In this document: piece after piece, positions 24,601 through 39,600 of the stretch | How positions within the stretch are numbered: the stretch's first letter is position 1 | How the letters are laid out: every line of letters begins with the position of its first letter | NCBI GenBank assembly: GCA_964016885.1 | Contig: OZ024743.1 | Span: forward strand, 291,958,001 to 292,022,000 | Direction: 5' to 3' | Source of the DNA: Eledone cirrhosa | Lineage: Eukaryota | Length of the DNA: 64,000 bases | Program-made: the position numbers and the translations under genes | The notes under the pieces: model-generated | The model's database searches: none | Told to the model about the DNA's origin: nothing | Seen by the model: only the letters and a program-made list of their open reading frames with translations

Positions 24601-27600
24601 AATCACTGATTTGTCGAGCAAACTTGTCAAAACCACTTCTAAAAAAATTTTTTTTGGGTTGTTAGTAGGCGTCAGTCATCTTACCATCCCATTCCTTCTA
24701 ACTACCCTCTGTGTCACGTGATTGATTCTTTAGAATCGGCCATTTGACTTGAAGCAGTGAGAATTTCGGTACATAGAATCCAGTCCTCGCAAGCTGTTCG
24801 ATCTACCGAATTATTATTATTTTTATATGAGCCGCCAGTGTCCGCGCATTGCCTGGAGACTTAACTGAGAATAGACTCCCTGATGACGCAATGAATTCTC
24901 GACAGTTGGATTACGTAACTGTCTTTATCCCATTGCAGAAACTAATTAGTTGGAGTGAAAATTTAAGTAAGTAAAACATTTTTTTTTAAATTTTTTTAAA
25001 AAAATATTTTCTTATTTTACGTCCTTTATATTATTGTTCTGCATTCTCCTGCATTGAACCACCTGGGTACTATGACATAACCTGTGTATTTGCTGGCATG
25101 GGCGTGCATCTGTGCGCTTATGTTAGTTGATATATTAAATTATCTATATTTATCTCCAAATCACTGATTTGTCGAGCAAACTTGTCAAAACCACTTCTAA
25201 AAAAATTTTTTTGGGGGTGTTAGTAGGCGTCAGTCATCTTACCATCCCATTCCTTCTAACTAACCTCTGTGTCACGTGATTGATTCTTTAGAATCGGCCA
25301 TTTGACTTGAAGCAGTGAGAATTTCGGTACATAGAATCCAGTCCTCGCAAGCTGTTCGATCTACCGAATTATTATTATTTTTATATGAGCCGCCAGTGTC
25401 CGCGCATTGCCTGGAGACTTAACTGAGAATAGACTCCCTGATGACGCAATGAATTCTCGACAGTTGGATTACGTAACTGTCTTTATCCCATTGCAGAAAC
25501 TAATTAGTTGGAGTGAAAATTTAAGTAAGTAAAACATTTTTTTAAACATTTTTTTTAAAAAATATTTTCTTATTTTACGTCCTTTATATTATTGTTCTGC
25601 ATTCTCCTGCATTGAACCACCTGGGTACTATGACATAACCTGTGTATTTGCTGGCATGGGCGTGCATCTATGCGCTTATGTTAGTTGATATATTAAATTA
25701 TCTATATTTATCTCCAAATCACTGATTTGTCGAGCAAACTTGTCAAAACCACTTCTAAAAAAATTTTTTTGGGGGTGTTAGTAGGCGTCAGTCATCTTAC
25801 CATCCCATTCCTTCTAACTAGCCTCTGTGTCACGTGATTGATTCTTTAGAATCGGCCATTTGACTTGAAGCAGTGAGAATTTCGGTACATAGAATCCAGT
25901 CCTCGCAAGCTGTTCGATCTACCGAATTATTATTATTTTTATATGAGCCGCCAGTGTCCGCGCATTGCCTGGAGACTTAACTGAGAATAGACTCCCTGAT
26001 GACGCAATGAATTCTCGACAGTTGGATTACGTAACTGTCTTTATCCCATTGCAGAAACTAATTAGTTGGAGTGAAAATTTAAGTAAGTAAAACATTTTTT
26101 TTTAAATTTTTTTTAAAAAATATTTTCTTATTTTACGTCCTTTATATTATTGTTCTGCATTCTCCTGCATTGAACCACCTGTGTACTATGACATAACCTG
26201 TGTATTTGCTGGCATGGGCGTGCATCTATGCGCTTATGTTAGTTGATATATTAAATTATCTATATTTATCTCCAAATCACTGATTTGTCGAGCAAACTTG
26301 TCAAAACCACTTCTAAAAAAATTTCTTTTGGGGTGTTAGTAGGCGTCAGTCATCTTACCATCCCATTCCTTCTAACTAGCCTCTGTGTCACGTGATTGAT
26401 TCTTTAGAATCGGCCATTTGACTTAAAGCAGTGAGAATTTCGGTACATAGAATCCAGTCCTCGCAAGCTGTTCGATCTACCGAATTATTATTATTTTTAT
26501 ATGAGCCGCCAGTGTCCGCGCATTGCCTGGAGACTTAACTGAGAATAGACTCCCTGATGACGCAATGAATTCTCGACAGTTGGATTACGTAACTGTCTTT
26601 ATCCCATTGCAGAAACTAATTAGTTGGAGTGAAAATTTAAGTAAGTAAAAAATTTTTTTTAAAATTTTTTTAAAAAAATATTTTCTTATTTTACGTCCTT
26701 TATATTATTGTTCTGCATTCTCCTGCATTGAACCACCTGGGTACTATGACATAACCTGTGTATTTGCTGGCATGGGCGTGCATCTGTGCGCTTATGTTAG
26801 TTGATATATTAAATTATCTATATTTATCTCCAAATCACTGATTTGTCGAGCAAACTTGTCAAAACCACTTCTAAAAAAATTTTTTTTGGGGTGTTAGTAG
26901 GCGTCAGTCATCTTCCCATCCCATTCCTTCTAACTAGCCTCTGTGTCACGTGATTGATTCTTTAGAATCGGCCATTTGACTTGAAGCAGTGAGAATTTCG
27001 GTACATAGAATCCAGTCCTCGCAAGCTGTTCGATCTACCGAATTATTATTATTTTTATATGAGCCGCCAGTGTCCGCGCATTGCCTGGAGACTTAACTGA
27101 GAATAGACTCCCTGATGACGCAATGAATTCTCGACAGTTGGATTACGTAACTGTCTTTATCCCATTGCAGAAACTAATTAGTTGGAGTGAAAATTTAAGT
27201 AAAAAATTTTTTTAAAGATTTTTTTAAAAAAATATTTTCTTATTTTACGTCCTTTATATTATTGTTCTGCATTCTCCTGCATTGAACCACCTGGGTACTA
27301 TGACATAACCTGTGTATTTGCTGGCATGGGCGTGCATCTGTGCGCTTATGTTAGTTGATATATTAAATTATCTATATTTATCTCCAAATCACTGATTTGT
27401 CGAGCAAACTTGTCAAAACCACCTCTAAAAAAATTTTTTTTGGGGTGTTAGTAGGCGTCAGTCATCTTACCATCCCATTCCTTCTAACTAGCCTCTGTGT
27501 CAGGTGATCGATTCTTTAGAATCGGCCATTTGACTTGAAGCAGTGAGAATTTCGGAACATAGAATCCAGTCCTCGCAAGCTGTTCGATCTACCGAATTAT

Positions 27601-30600
27601 TATTATTTTTATATGAGCCGCCAGTGTCCGCGCATTGCCTGGAGACTTAACTGAGAATAGACTCCCTGATGACGCAATGAATTCTCGACAGTTGGATTAC
27701 GTAACTGTCTTTATCCCATTGCAGAAACTAATTAGTTGGAGTGAAAATTTAAGTAAGTAAAACATTTTTTTAAAAATTTTTTTTAAAAAATATTTTCTTA
27801 TTTTACGTCCTTTATATTATTGTTCTGCATTCTCCTGCATTGAACCACCTGGGTACTATGACATAACCTGTGTATTTGCTGGCATGGGCGTGCATCTATG
27901 CGCTTATGTTAGTTGATATATTAAATTATCTATATTTATCTCCAAATCACTGATTTGTCGAGCAAACTTGTCAAAACCACTTCTAAAAAAATTTTTTTTG
28001 GGTTGTTAGTAGGCGTCAGTCATCTTACCATCCCATTCCTTCTAACTAGCCTCTGTGTCACGTGATTGATTCTTTAGAATCGGCCATTTGACTTGAAGCA
28101 GTGAGAATTTCGGTACATAGAATCCAGTCCTCGCAAGCTGTTCGATCTACCGAATTATTATTATTTTTATATGAGCCGCCAGTGTCCGCGCATTGCCTGG
28201 AGACTTAACTGAGAATAGACTCCCTGATGACGCAATGAATTCTCGACAGTTGGATTACGTAACTGTCTTTATCCCATTGCAGAAACTAATTAGTTGGAGT
28301 GAAAATTTAAGTAAGTAAAACATTTTTTTTTAAATTTTTTTAAAAAAATATTTTCTTATTTTACGTCCTTTATATTATTGTTCTGCATTCTCCTGCATTG
28401 AACCACCTGGGTACTATGACATAACCTGTGTATTTGCTGGCATGGGCGTGCATCTGTGCGCTTATGTTAGTTGATATATTAAATTATCTATATTTATCTC
28501 CAAATCACTGATTTGTCGAGCAAACTTGTCAAAACCACTTCTAAAAAAATTTTTTTGGGGGTGTTAGTAGGCGTCAGTCATCTTACCATCCCATTCCTTC
28601 TAACTAACCTCTGTGTCACGTGATTGATTCTTTAGAATCGGCCATTTGACTTGAAGCAGTGAGAATTTCGGTACATAGAATCCAGTCCTCGCAAGCTGTT
28701 CGATCTACCGAATTATTATTATTTTTATATGAGCCGCCAGTGTCCGCGCATTGCCTGGAGACTTAACTGAGAATAGACTCCCTGATGACGCAATGAATTC
28801 TCGACAGTTGGATTACGTAACTGTCTTTATCCCATTGCAGAAACTAATTAGTTGGAGTGAAAATTTAAGTAAGTAAAACATTTTTTTAAACATTTTTTTT
28901 AAAAAATATTTTCTTATTTTACGTCCTTTATATTATTGTTCTGCATTCTCCTGCATTGAACCACCTGGGTACTATGACATAACCTGTGTATTTGCTGGCA
29001 TGGGCGTGCATCTATGCGCTTATGTTAGTTGATATATTAAATTATCTATATTTATCTCCAAATCACTGATTTGTCGAGCAAACTTGTCAAAACCACTTCT
29101 AAAAAAATTTTTTTGGGGGTGTTAGTAGGCGTCAGTCATCTTACCATCCCATTCCTTCTAACTAGCCTCTGTGTCACGTGATTGATTCTTTAGAATCGGC
29201 CATTTGACTTGAAGCAGTGAGAATTTCGGTACATAGAATCCAGTCCTCGCAAGCTGTTCGATCTACCGAATTATTATTATTTTTATATGAGCCGCCAGTG
29301 TCCGCGCATTGCCTGGAGACTTAACTGAGAATAGACTCCCTGATGACGCAATGAATTCTCGACAGTTGGATTACGTAACTGTCTTTATCCCATTGCAGAA
29401 ACTAATTAGTTGGAGTGAAAATTTAAGTAAGTAAAACATTTTTTTTTAAATTTTTTTTAAAAAATATTTTCTTATTTTACGTCCTTTATATTATTGTTCT
29501 GCATTCTCCTGCATTGAACCACCTGTGTACTATGACATAACCTGTGTATTTGCTGGCATGGGCGTGCATCTATGCGCTTATGTTAGTTGATATATTAAAT
29601 TATCTATATTTATCTCCAAATCACTGATTTGTCGAGCAAACTTGTCAAAACCACTTCTAAAAAAATTTCTTTTGGGGTGTTAGTAGGCGTCAGTCATCTT
29701 ACCATCCCATTCCTTCTAACTAGCCTCTGTGTCACGTGATTGATTCTTTAGAATCGGCCATTTGACTTAAAGCAGTGAGAATTTCGGTACATAGAATCCA
29801 GTCCTCGCAAGCTGTTCGATCTACCGAATTATTATTATTTTTATATGAGCCGCCAGTGTCCGCGCATTGCCTGGAGACTTAACTGAGAATAGACTCCCTG
29901 ATGACGCAATGAATTCTCGACAGTTGGATTACGTAACTGTCTTTATCCCATTGCAGAAACTAATTAGTTGGAGTGAAAATTTAAGTAAGTAAAAAATTTT
30001 TTTTAAAATTTTTTTAAAAAAATATTTTCTTATTTTACGTCCTTTATATTATTGTTCTGCATTCTCCTGCATTGAACCACCTGGGTACTATGACATAACC
30101 TGTGTATTTGCTGGCATGGGCGTGCATCTGTGCGCTTATGTTAGTTGATATATTAAATTATCTATATTTATCTCCAAATCACTGATTTGTCGAGCAAACT
30201 TGTCAAAACCACTTCTAAAAAAATTTTTTTTGGGGTGTTAGTAGGCGTCAGTCATCTTCCCATCCCATTCCTTCTAACTAGCCTCTGTGTCACGTGATTG
30301 ATTCTTTAGAATCGGCCATTTGACTTGAAGCAGTGAGAATTTCGGTACATAGAATCCAGTCCTCGCAAGCTGTTCGATCTACCGAATTATTATTATTTTT
30401 ATATGAGCCGCCAGTGTCCGCGCATTGCCTGGAGACTTAACTGAGAATAGACTCCCTGATGACGCAATGAATTCTCGACAGTTGGATTACGTAACTGTCT
30501 TTATCCCATTGCAGAAACTAATTAGTTGGAGTGAAAATTTAAGTAAAAAATTTTTTTAAAGATTTTTTTAAAAAAATATTTTCTTATTTTACGTCCTTTA

Positions 30601-33600
30601 TATTATTGTTCTGCATTCTCCTGCATTGAACCACCTGGGTACTATGACATAACCTGTGTATTTGCTGGCATGGGCGTGCATCTGTGCGCTTATGTTAGTT
30701 GATATATTAAATTATCTATATTTATCTCCAAATCACTGATTTGTCGAGCAAACTTGTCAAAACCACCTCTAAAAAAATTTTTTTTGGGGTGTTAGTAGGC
30801 GTCAGTCATCTTACCATCCCATTCCTTCTAACTAGCCTCTGTGTCAGGTGATCGATTCTTTAGAATCGGCCATTTGACTTGAAGCAGTGAGAATTTCGGA
30901 ACATAGAATCCAGTCCTCGCAAGCTGTTCGATCTACCGAATTATTATTATTTTTATATGAGCCGCCAGTGTCCGCGCATTGCCTGGAGACTTAACTGAGA
31001 ATAGACTCCCTGATGACGCAATGAATTCTCGACAGTTGGATTACGTAACTGTCTTTATCCCATTGCAGAAACTAATTAGTTGGAGTGAAAATTTAAGTAA
31101 GTAAAACATTTTTTTAAAAATTTTTTTTAAAAAATATTTTCTTATTTTACGTCCTTTATATTATTGTTCTGCATTCTCCTGCATTGAACCACCTGGGTAC
31201 TATGACATAACCTGTGTATTTGCTGGCATGGGCGTGCATCTATGCGCTTATGTTAGTTGATATATTAAATTATCTATATTTATCTCCAAATCACTGATTT
31301 GTCGAGCAAACTTGTCAAAACCACTTCTAAAAAAAATTTTTTTGGGGTGTTAGTAGGCGTCAGTCATCTTACCATCCCATTCCTTCTAACTAGCCTCTGT
31401 GTCACGTGATTGATTCTTTAGAATCGGCCATTTGACTTGAAGCAGTGAGAATTTCGGTACATAGAATCCAGTCCTCGCAAGCTGTTCGATCTACCGAATT
31501 ATTATTATTTTTATATGAGCCGCCAGTGTCCGCGCATTGCCTGGAGACTTAACTGAGAATAGACTCCCTGATGACGCAATGAATTCTCGACAGTTGGATT
31601 ACGTAACTGTCATTATCCCATTGCAGAAACTAATTAGTTGGAGTGAAAATTTAAGTAAGTAAAAAATTTTTTTAAAAATTTTTTTAAAAAAATATTTTCT
31701 TATTTTACGTCCTTTATATTATTGTTCTGCATTCTCCTGCATTGAACCACCTGGGTACTATGACATAACCTGTGTATTTGCTGGCATGGGCGTGCATCTA
31801 TGCGCTTATGTTAGTTGATATATTAAATTATCTATATTTATCTCCAAATCACTGATTTGTCGAGCAAACTTGTCAAAACCACTTCTAAAAAAATTTTTTT
31901 TGGGGTGTTAGTAGGCGTCAGTCATCTTACCATCCCATTCCTTCTAACTAGCCTCTGTGTCACGTGATTGATTCTTTAGAATCGGCCATTTGACTTAAAG
32001 CAGTGAGAATTTCGGTACATAGAATCCAGTCCTCGCAAGCTGTTCGATCTACCGAATTATTATTATTTTTATATGAGCCGCCAGTGTCCGCGCATTGCCT
32101 GGAGACTTAACTGAGAATAGACTCCCTGATGACGCAATGAATTCTCGACAGTTGGATTACGTAACTGTCTTTATCCCATTGCAGAAACTAATTAGTTGGA
32201 GTGAAAATTTAAGTAAAAAATTTTTTTAAAGATTTTTTTAAAAAAATATTTTCTTATTTTACGTCCTTTATATTATTGTTCTGCATTCTCCTGCATTGAA
32301 CCACCTGGGTACTATGACATAACCTGTGTATTTGCTGGCATGGGCGTGCATCTGTGCGCTTATGTTAGTTGATATATTAAATTATCTATATTTATCTCCA
32401 AATCACTGATTTGTCGAGCAAACTTGTCAAAACCACTTCTAAAAAAATTTTTTTGGGGTTGTTAGTAGGCGTCAGTCATCTTACCATCCCATTCCTTCTA
32501 ACTAGCCTCTGTGTCACGTGATTGATTCTTTAGAATCGGCCATTTGACTTGAAGCAGTGAGAATTTCGGTACATAGAATCCAGTCCTCGCAAGCTGTTCG
32601 ATCTACCGAATTATTATTATTTTTATATGAGCCGCCAGTGTCCGCGCATTGCCTGGAGACTTAACTGAGAATAGACTCCCTGATGACGCAATGAATTCTC
32701 GACAGTTGGATTACGTAACTGTCTTTATCCCATTGCAGAAACTAATTAGTTGGAGTGAAAATTTAAGTAAGTAAAACATTTTTTTTTTAATTTTTTTAAA
32801 AAAATATTTTCTTATTTTACGTCCTTTATATTATTGTTCTGCATTCTCCTGCATTGAACCACCTGGGTACTATGACATAACCTGTGTATTTGCTGGCATG
32901 GGCGTGCATCTGTGCGCTTATGTTAGTTGATATATTAAATTATCTATATTTATCTCCAAATCACTGATTTGTCGAGCAAACTTGTCAAAACCACTTCTAA
33001 AAAAATTTTTTTGGGGGTGTTAGTAGGCGTCAGTCATCTTACCATCCCATTCCTTCTAACTAGCCTCTGTGTCACGTGATTGATTCTTTAGAATCGGCCA
33101 TTTGACTTGAAGCAGTGAGAATTTCGGTACATAGAATCCAGTCCTCGCAAGCTGTTCGATCTACCGAATTATTATTATTTTTATATGAGCCGCCAGTGTC
33201 CGCGCATTGCCTGGAGACTTAACTGAGAATAGACTCCCTGATGACGCAATGAATTCTCGACAGTTGGATTACGTAACTGTCTTTATCCCATTGCAGAAAC
33301 TAATTAGTTGGAGTGAAAATTTAAGTAAGTAAAACATTTTTTTAAACATTTTTTTTAAAAAATATTTTCTTATTTTACGTCCTTTATATTATTGTTCTGC
33401 ATTCTCCTGCATTGAACCACCTGGGTACTATGACATAACCTGTGTATTTGCTGGCATGGGCGTGCATCTGTGCGCTTATGTTAGTTGATATATTAAATTA
33501 TCTATATTTATCTCCAAATCACTGATTTGTCGAGCAAACTTGTCAAAACCACTTCTAAAAAAATTTTTTTTGGGGTGTTAGTAGGCGTCAGTCATCTTCC

Positions 33601-36600
33601 CATCCCATTCCTTCTAACTAGCCTCTGTGTCACGTGATTGATTCTTTAGAATCGGCCATTTGACTTGAAGCAGTGAGAATTTCGGTACATAGAATCCAGT
33701 CCTCGCAAGCTGTTCGATCTACCGAATTATTATTATTTTTATATGAGCCGCCAGTGTCCGCGCATTGCCTGGAGACTTAACTGAGAATAGACTCCCTGAT
33801 GACGCAATGAATTCTCGACAGTTGGATTACGTAACTGTCTTTATCCCATTGCAGAAACTAATTAGTTGGAGTGAAAATTTAAGTAAGTAAAACATTTTTT
33901 TAAACATTTTTTTAAAAAAATATTTTCTTATTTTACGTCCTTTATATTATTGTTCTGCATTCTCCTGCATTGAACCACCTGGGTACTATGACATAACCTG
34001 TGTATTTGCTGGCATGGGCGTGCATCTATGCGCTTATGTTAGTTGATATATTAAATTATCTATATTTATCTCCAAATCACTGATTTGTCGAGCAAACTTG
34101 TCAAAACCACTTCTAAAAAAATTTTTTTTGGGGTGTTAGTAGGCGTCAGTCATCTTACCATCCCATTCCTTCTAACTAGCCTCTGTGTCACGTGATTGAT
34201 TCTTTAGAATCGGCCATTTGACTTGAAGCAGTGAGAATTTCGGTACATAGAATCCAGTCCTCGCAAGCTGTTCGATCTACCGAATTATTATTATTTTTAT
34301 ATGAGCCGCCAGTGTCCGCGCATTGCCTGGAGACTTAACTGAGAATAGACTCCCTGATGACGCAATGAATTCTCGACAGTTGGATTACGTAACTGTCTTT
34401 ATCCCATTGCAGAAACTAATTAGTTGGAGTGAAAATTTAAGTAAGTAAAACATTTTTTTTTAAATTTTTTTAAAAAAATATTTTCTTATTTTACGTCCTT
34501 TATATTATTGTTCTGCATTCTCCTGCATTGAACCACCTGGGTACTATGACATAACCTGTGTATTTGCTGGCATGGGCGTGCATCTATGCGCTTATGTTAG
34601 TTGATATATTAAATTATCTATATTTATCTCCAAATCACTGATTTGTCGAGCAAACTTGTCAAAACCACTTCTAAAAAAATTTTTTTTGGGGTGTTAGTAG
34701 GCGTCAGTCATCTTACCATCCCATTCCTTCTAACTAGCCTCTGTGTCACGTGATTGATTCTTTAGAATCGGCCATTTGACTTAAAGCAGTGAGAATTTCG
34801 GTACATAGAATCCAGTCCTCGCAAGCTGTTCGATCTACCGAATTATTATTATTTTTATATGAGCCGCCAGTGTCCGCGCATTGCCTGGAGACTTAACTGA
34901 GAATAGACTCCCTGATGACGCAATGAATTCTCGACAGTTGGATTACGTAACTGTCTTTATCCCATTGCAGAAACTAATTAGTTGGAGTGAAAATTTAAGT
35001 AAAAAATTTTTTTAAAGATTTTTTTAAAAAAATATTTTCTTATTTTACGTCCTTTATATTATTGTTCTGCATTCTCCTGCATTGAACCACCTGGGTACTA
35101 TGACATAACCTGTGTATTTGCTGGCATGGGCGTGCATCTATGCGCTTATGTTAGTTGATATATTAAATTATCTATATTTATCTCCAAATCACTGATTTGT
35201 CGAGCAAACTTGTCAAAACCACTTCTAAAAAAAATTTTTTTGGGGTGTTAGTAGGCGTCAGTCATCTTACCATCCCATTCCTTCTAACTAGCCTCTGTGT
35301 CACGTGATTGATTCTTTAGAATCGGCCATTTGACTTGAAGCAGTGAGAATTTCGGTACATAGAATCCAGTCCTCGCAAGCTGTTCGATCTACCGAATTAT
35401 TATTATTTTTATATGAGCCGCCAGTGTCCGCGCATTGCCTGGAGACTTAACTGAGAATAGACTCCCTGATGACGCAATGAATTCTCGACAGTTGGATTAC
35501 GTAACTGTCTTTATCCCATTGCAGAAACTAATTAGTTGGAGTGAAAATTTAAGTAAGTAAAAAATTTTTTTAAAAATTTTTTTAAAAAAATATTTTCTTA
35601 TTTTACGTCCTTTATATTATTGTTCTGCATTCTCCTGCATTGAACCACCTGGGTACTATGACATAACCTGTGTATTTGCTGGCATGGGCGTGCATCTGTG
35701 CGCTTATGTTAGTTGATATATTAAATTATCTATATTTATCTCCAAATCACTGATTTGTCGAGCAAACTTGTCAAAACCACTTCTAAAAAAAATTTTTTTG
35801 GGGTGTTAGTAGGCGTCAGTCATCTTCCCATCCCATTCCTTCTAACTAGCCTCTGTGTCACGTGATTGATTCTTTAGAATCGGCCATTTGACTTGAAGCA
35901 GTGAGAATTTCGGTACATAGAATCCAGTCCTCGCAAGCTGTTCGATCTACCGAATTATTATTATTTTTATATGAGCCGCCAGTGTCCGCGCATTGCCTGG
36001 AGACTTAACTGAGAATAGACTCCCTGATGACGCAATGAATTCTCGACAGTTGGATTACGTAACTGTCTTTATCCCATTGCAGAAACTAATTAGTTGGAGT
36101 GAAAATTTAAGTAAAAAATTTTTTTAAAGATTTATTTAAAAAAATATTTTCTTATTTTACGTCCTTTATATTATTGTTCTGCATTCTCCTGCATTGAACC
36201 ACCTGGGTACTATGACATAACCTGTGTATTTGCTGGCATGGGCGTGCATCTGTGCGCTTATGTTAGTTGATATATTAAATTATCTATATTTATCTCCAAA
36301 TCACTGATTTGTCGAGCAAACTTGTCAAAACCACTTCTAAAAAAATTTTTTTTGGGGTGTTAGTAGGCGTCAGTCATCTTACCATCCCATTCCTTCTAAC
36401 TAGCCTCTGTGTCACGTGATTGATTCTTTACAATCGGCCATTTGACTTGAAGCAGTGAGAATTTCGGAACATAGAATCCAGTCCTCGCAAGCTGTTCGAT
36501 CTACCGAATTATTATTATTTTTATATGAGCCGCCAGTGTCCGCGCATTGCCTGGAGACTTAACTGAGAATAGACTCCCTGATGACGCAATGAATTCTCGA

Positions 36601-39600
36601 CAGTTGGATTACGTAACTGTCTTTATCCCATTGCAGAAACTAATTAGTTGGAGTGAAAATTTAAGTAAGTAAAACATTTTTTTAAAAATTTTTTTAAAAA
36701 AATATTTTCTTATTTTACGTCCTTTATATTATTGTTCTGCATTCTCCTGCATTGAACCACCTGGGTACTATGACATAACCTGTGTATTTGCTGGCATGGG
36801 CGTGCATCTATGCGCTTATGTTAGTTGATATATTAAATTATCTATATTTATCTCCAAATCACTGATTTGTCGAGCAAACTTGTCAAAACCACTTCTAAAA
36901 AAATTTTTTTTGGGGTGTTAGTAGGCGTCAGTCATCTTACCATCCCATTCCTTCTAACTAGCCTCTGTGTCACGTGATTGATTCTTTAGAATCGGCCATT
37001 TGACTTGAAGCAGTGAGAATTTCGGTACATAGAATCCTGTCCTCGCAAGCTGTTCGATCTACCGAATTATTATTATTTTTATATGAGCCGCCAGTGTCCG
37101 CGCATTGCCTGGAGACTTAACTGAGAATAGACTCCCTGATGACGCAATGAATTCTCGACAGTTGGATTACGTAACTGTCTTTATCCCATTGCAGAAACTA
37201 ATTAGTTGGAGTGAAAATTTAAGTAAGTAAAACATTTTTTTTTAAATTTTTTTAAAAAAATATTTTCTTATTTTACGTCCTTTATATTATTGTTCTGCAT
37301 TCTCCTGCATTGAACCACCTGGGTACTATGACATAACCTGTGTATTTGCTGGCATGGGCGTGCATCTATGCGCTTATGTTAGTTGATATATTAAATTATC
37401 TATATTTATCTCCAAATCACTGATTTGTCGAGCAAACTTGTCAAAACCACTTCTAAAAAAATTTTTTTTGGGGTGTTAGTAGGCGTCAGTCATCTTACCA
37501 TCCCATTCCTTCTAACTAGCCTCTGTGTCACGTGATTGATTCTTTAGAATCGGCCATTTGACTTAAAGCAGTGAGAATTTCGGTACATAGAATCCAGTCC
37601 TCGCAAGCTGTTCGATCTACCGAATTATTATTATTTTTATATGAGCCGCCAGTGTCCGCGCATTGCCTGGAGACTTAACTGAGAATAGACTCCCTGATGA
37701 CGCAATGAATTCTCGACAGTTGGATTACGTAACTGTCTTTATCCCATTGCAGAAACTAATTAGTTGGAGTGAAAATTTAAGTAAGTAAAAAATTTTTTAA
37801 AAAATTTTTTTAAAAAAATATTTTCTTATTTTACGTCCTTTATATTATTGTTCTGCATTTTCCTGCATTGAACCACCTGGGTACTATGACATAACCTGTG
37901 TATTTGCTGGCATGGGCGTGCATCTGTGCGCTTATGTTAGTTGATATATTAAATTATCTATATTTATCTCCAAATCACTGATTTGTCGAGCAAACTTGTC
38001 AAAACCACTTCTAAAAAAATTTTTGTTGGGGTGTTAGTAGGCGTCAGTCATCTTACCATCCCATTCCTTCTAACTAGCCTCTGTGTCACGTGATTGATTC
38101 TTTAGAATCGGCCATTTGACTTGAAGCAGTGAGAATTTCGGTACATAGAATCCAGTCCTCGCAAGCTGTTCGATCTACCGAATTATTATTATTTTTATAT
38201 GAGCCGCCAGTGTCCGCGCATTGCCTGGAGACTTAACTGAGAATAGACTCCCTGATGACGCAATGAATTCTCGACAGTTGGATTACGTAACTGTCTTTAT
38301 CCCATTGCAGAAACTAATTAGTTGGAGTGAAAATTTAAGTAAGTAAAACATTTTTTAAAAAATTTTTTTTAAAAAATATTTTCTTATTTTACGTCCTTTA
38401 TATTATTGTTCTGCATTCTCCTGCATTGAACCACCTGGGTACTATGACATAACCTGTGTATTTGCTGGCATGGGCGTGCATCTATGCGCTTATGTTAGTT
38501 GATATATTAAATTATCTATATTTATCTCCAAATCACTGATTTGTCGAGCAAACTTGTCAAAACCACTTCTAAAAAAATTTGTTTTGGGGTGTTAGTAGGC
38601 GTCAGTCATCTTACCATCCCATTCCTTCTAACTAGCCTCTGTGTCACGTGATTGATTCTTTAGAATCGGCCATTTGACTTGAAGCAGTGAGAATTTCGGT
38701 ACATAGAATCCTGTCCTCGCAAGCTGTTCGATCTACCGAATTATTATTATTTTTATATGAGCCGCCAGTGTCCGCGCATTGCCTGGAGACTTAACTGAGA
38801 ATAGACTCCCTGATGACGCAATGAATTCTCGACAGTTGGATTACGTAACTGTCTTTATCCCATTGCAGAAACTAATTAGTTGGAGTGAAAATTTAAGTAA
38901 GTAAAACATTTTTTTTTAAATTTTTTTAAAAAAATATTTTCTTATTTTACGTCCTTTATATTATTGTTCTGCATTCTCCTGCATTGAACCACCTGGGTAC
39001 TATGACATAACCTGTGTATTTGCTGGCATGGGCGTGCATCTATGCGCTTATGTTAGTTGATATATTAAATTATCTATATTTATCTCCAAATCACTGATTT
39101 GTCGAGCAAACTTGTCAAAACCACTTCTAAAAAAATTTTTTTTGGGGTGTTAGTAGGCGTCAGTCATCTTACCATCCCATTCCTTCTAACTAGCCTCTGT
39201 GTCACGTGATTGATTCTTTAGAATCGGCCATTTGACTTGAAGCAGTGAGAATTTCGGTACATAGAATCCAGTCCTCGCAAGCTGTTCGATCTACCGAATT
39301 ATTATTATTTTTATATGAGCCGCCAGTGTCCGCGCATTGCCTGGAGACTTAACTGAGAATAGACTCCCTGATGACGCAATGAATTCTCGACAGTTGGATT
39401 ACGTAACTGTCTTTATCCCATTGCAGAAACTAATTAGTTGGAGTGAAAATTTAAGTAAGTAAAAAATTTTTTTAAAAATTTTTTTAAAAAAATATTTTCT
39501 TATTTTACGTCCTTTATATTATTGTTCTGCATTCTCCTGCATTGAACCACCTGGGTACTATGACATAACCTGTGTATTTGCTGGCATGGGCGTGCATCTG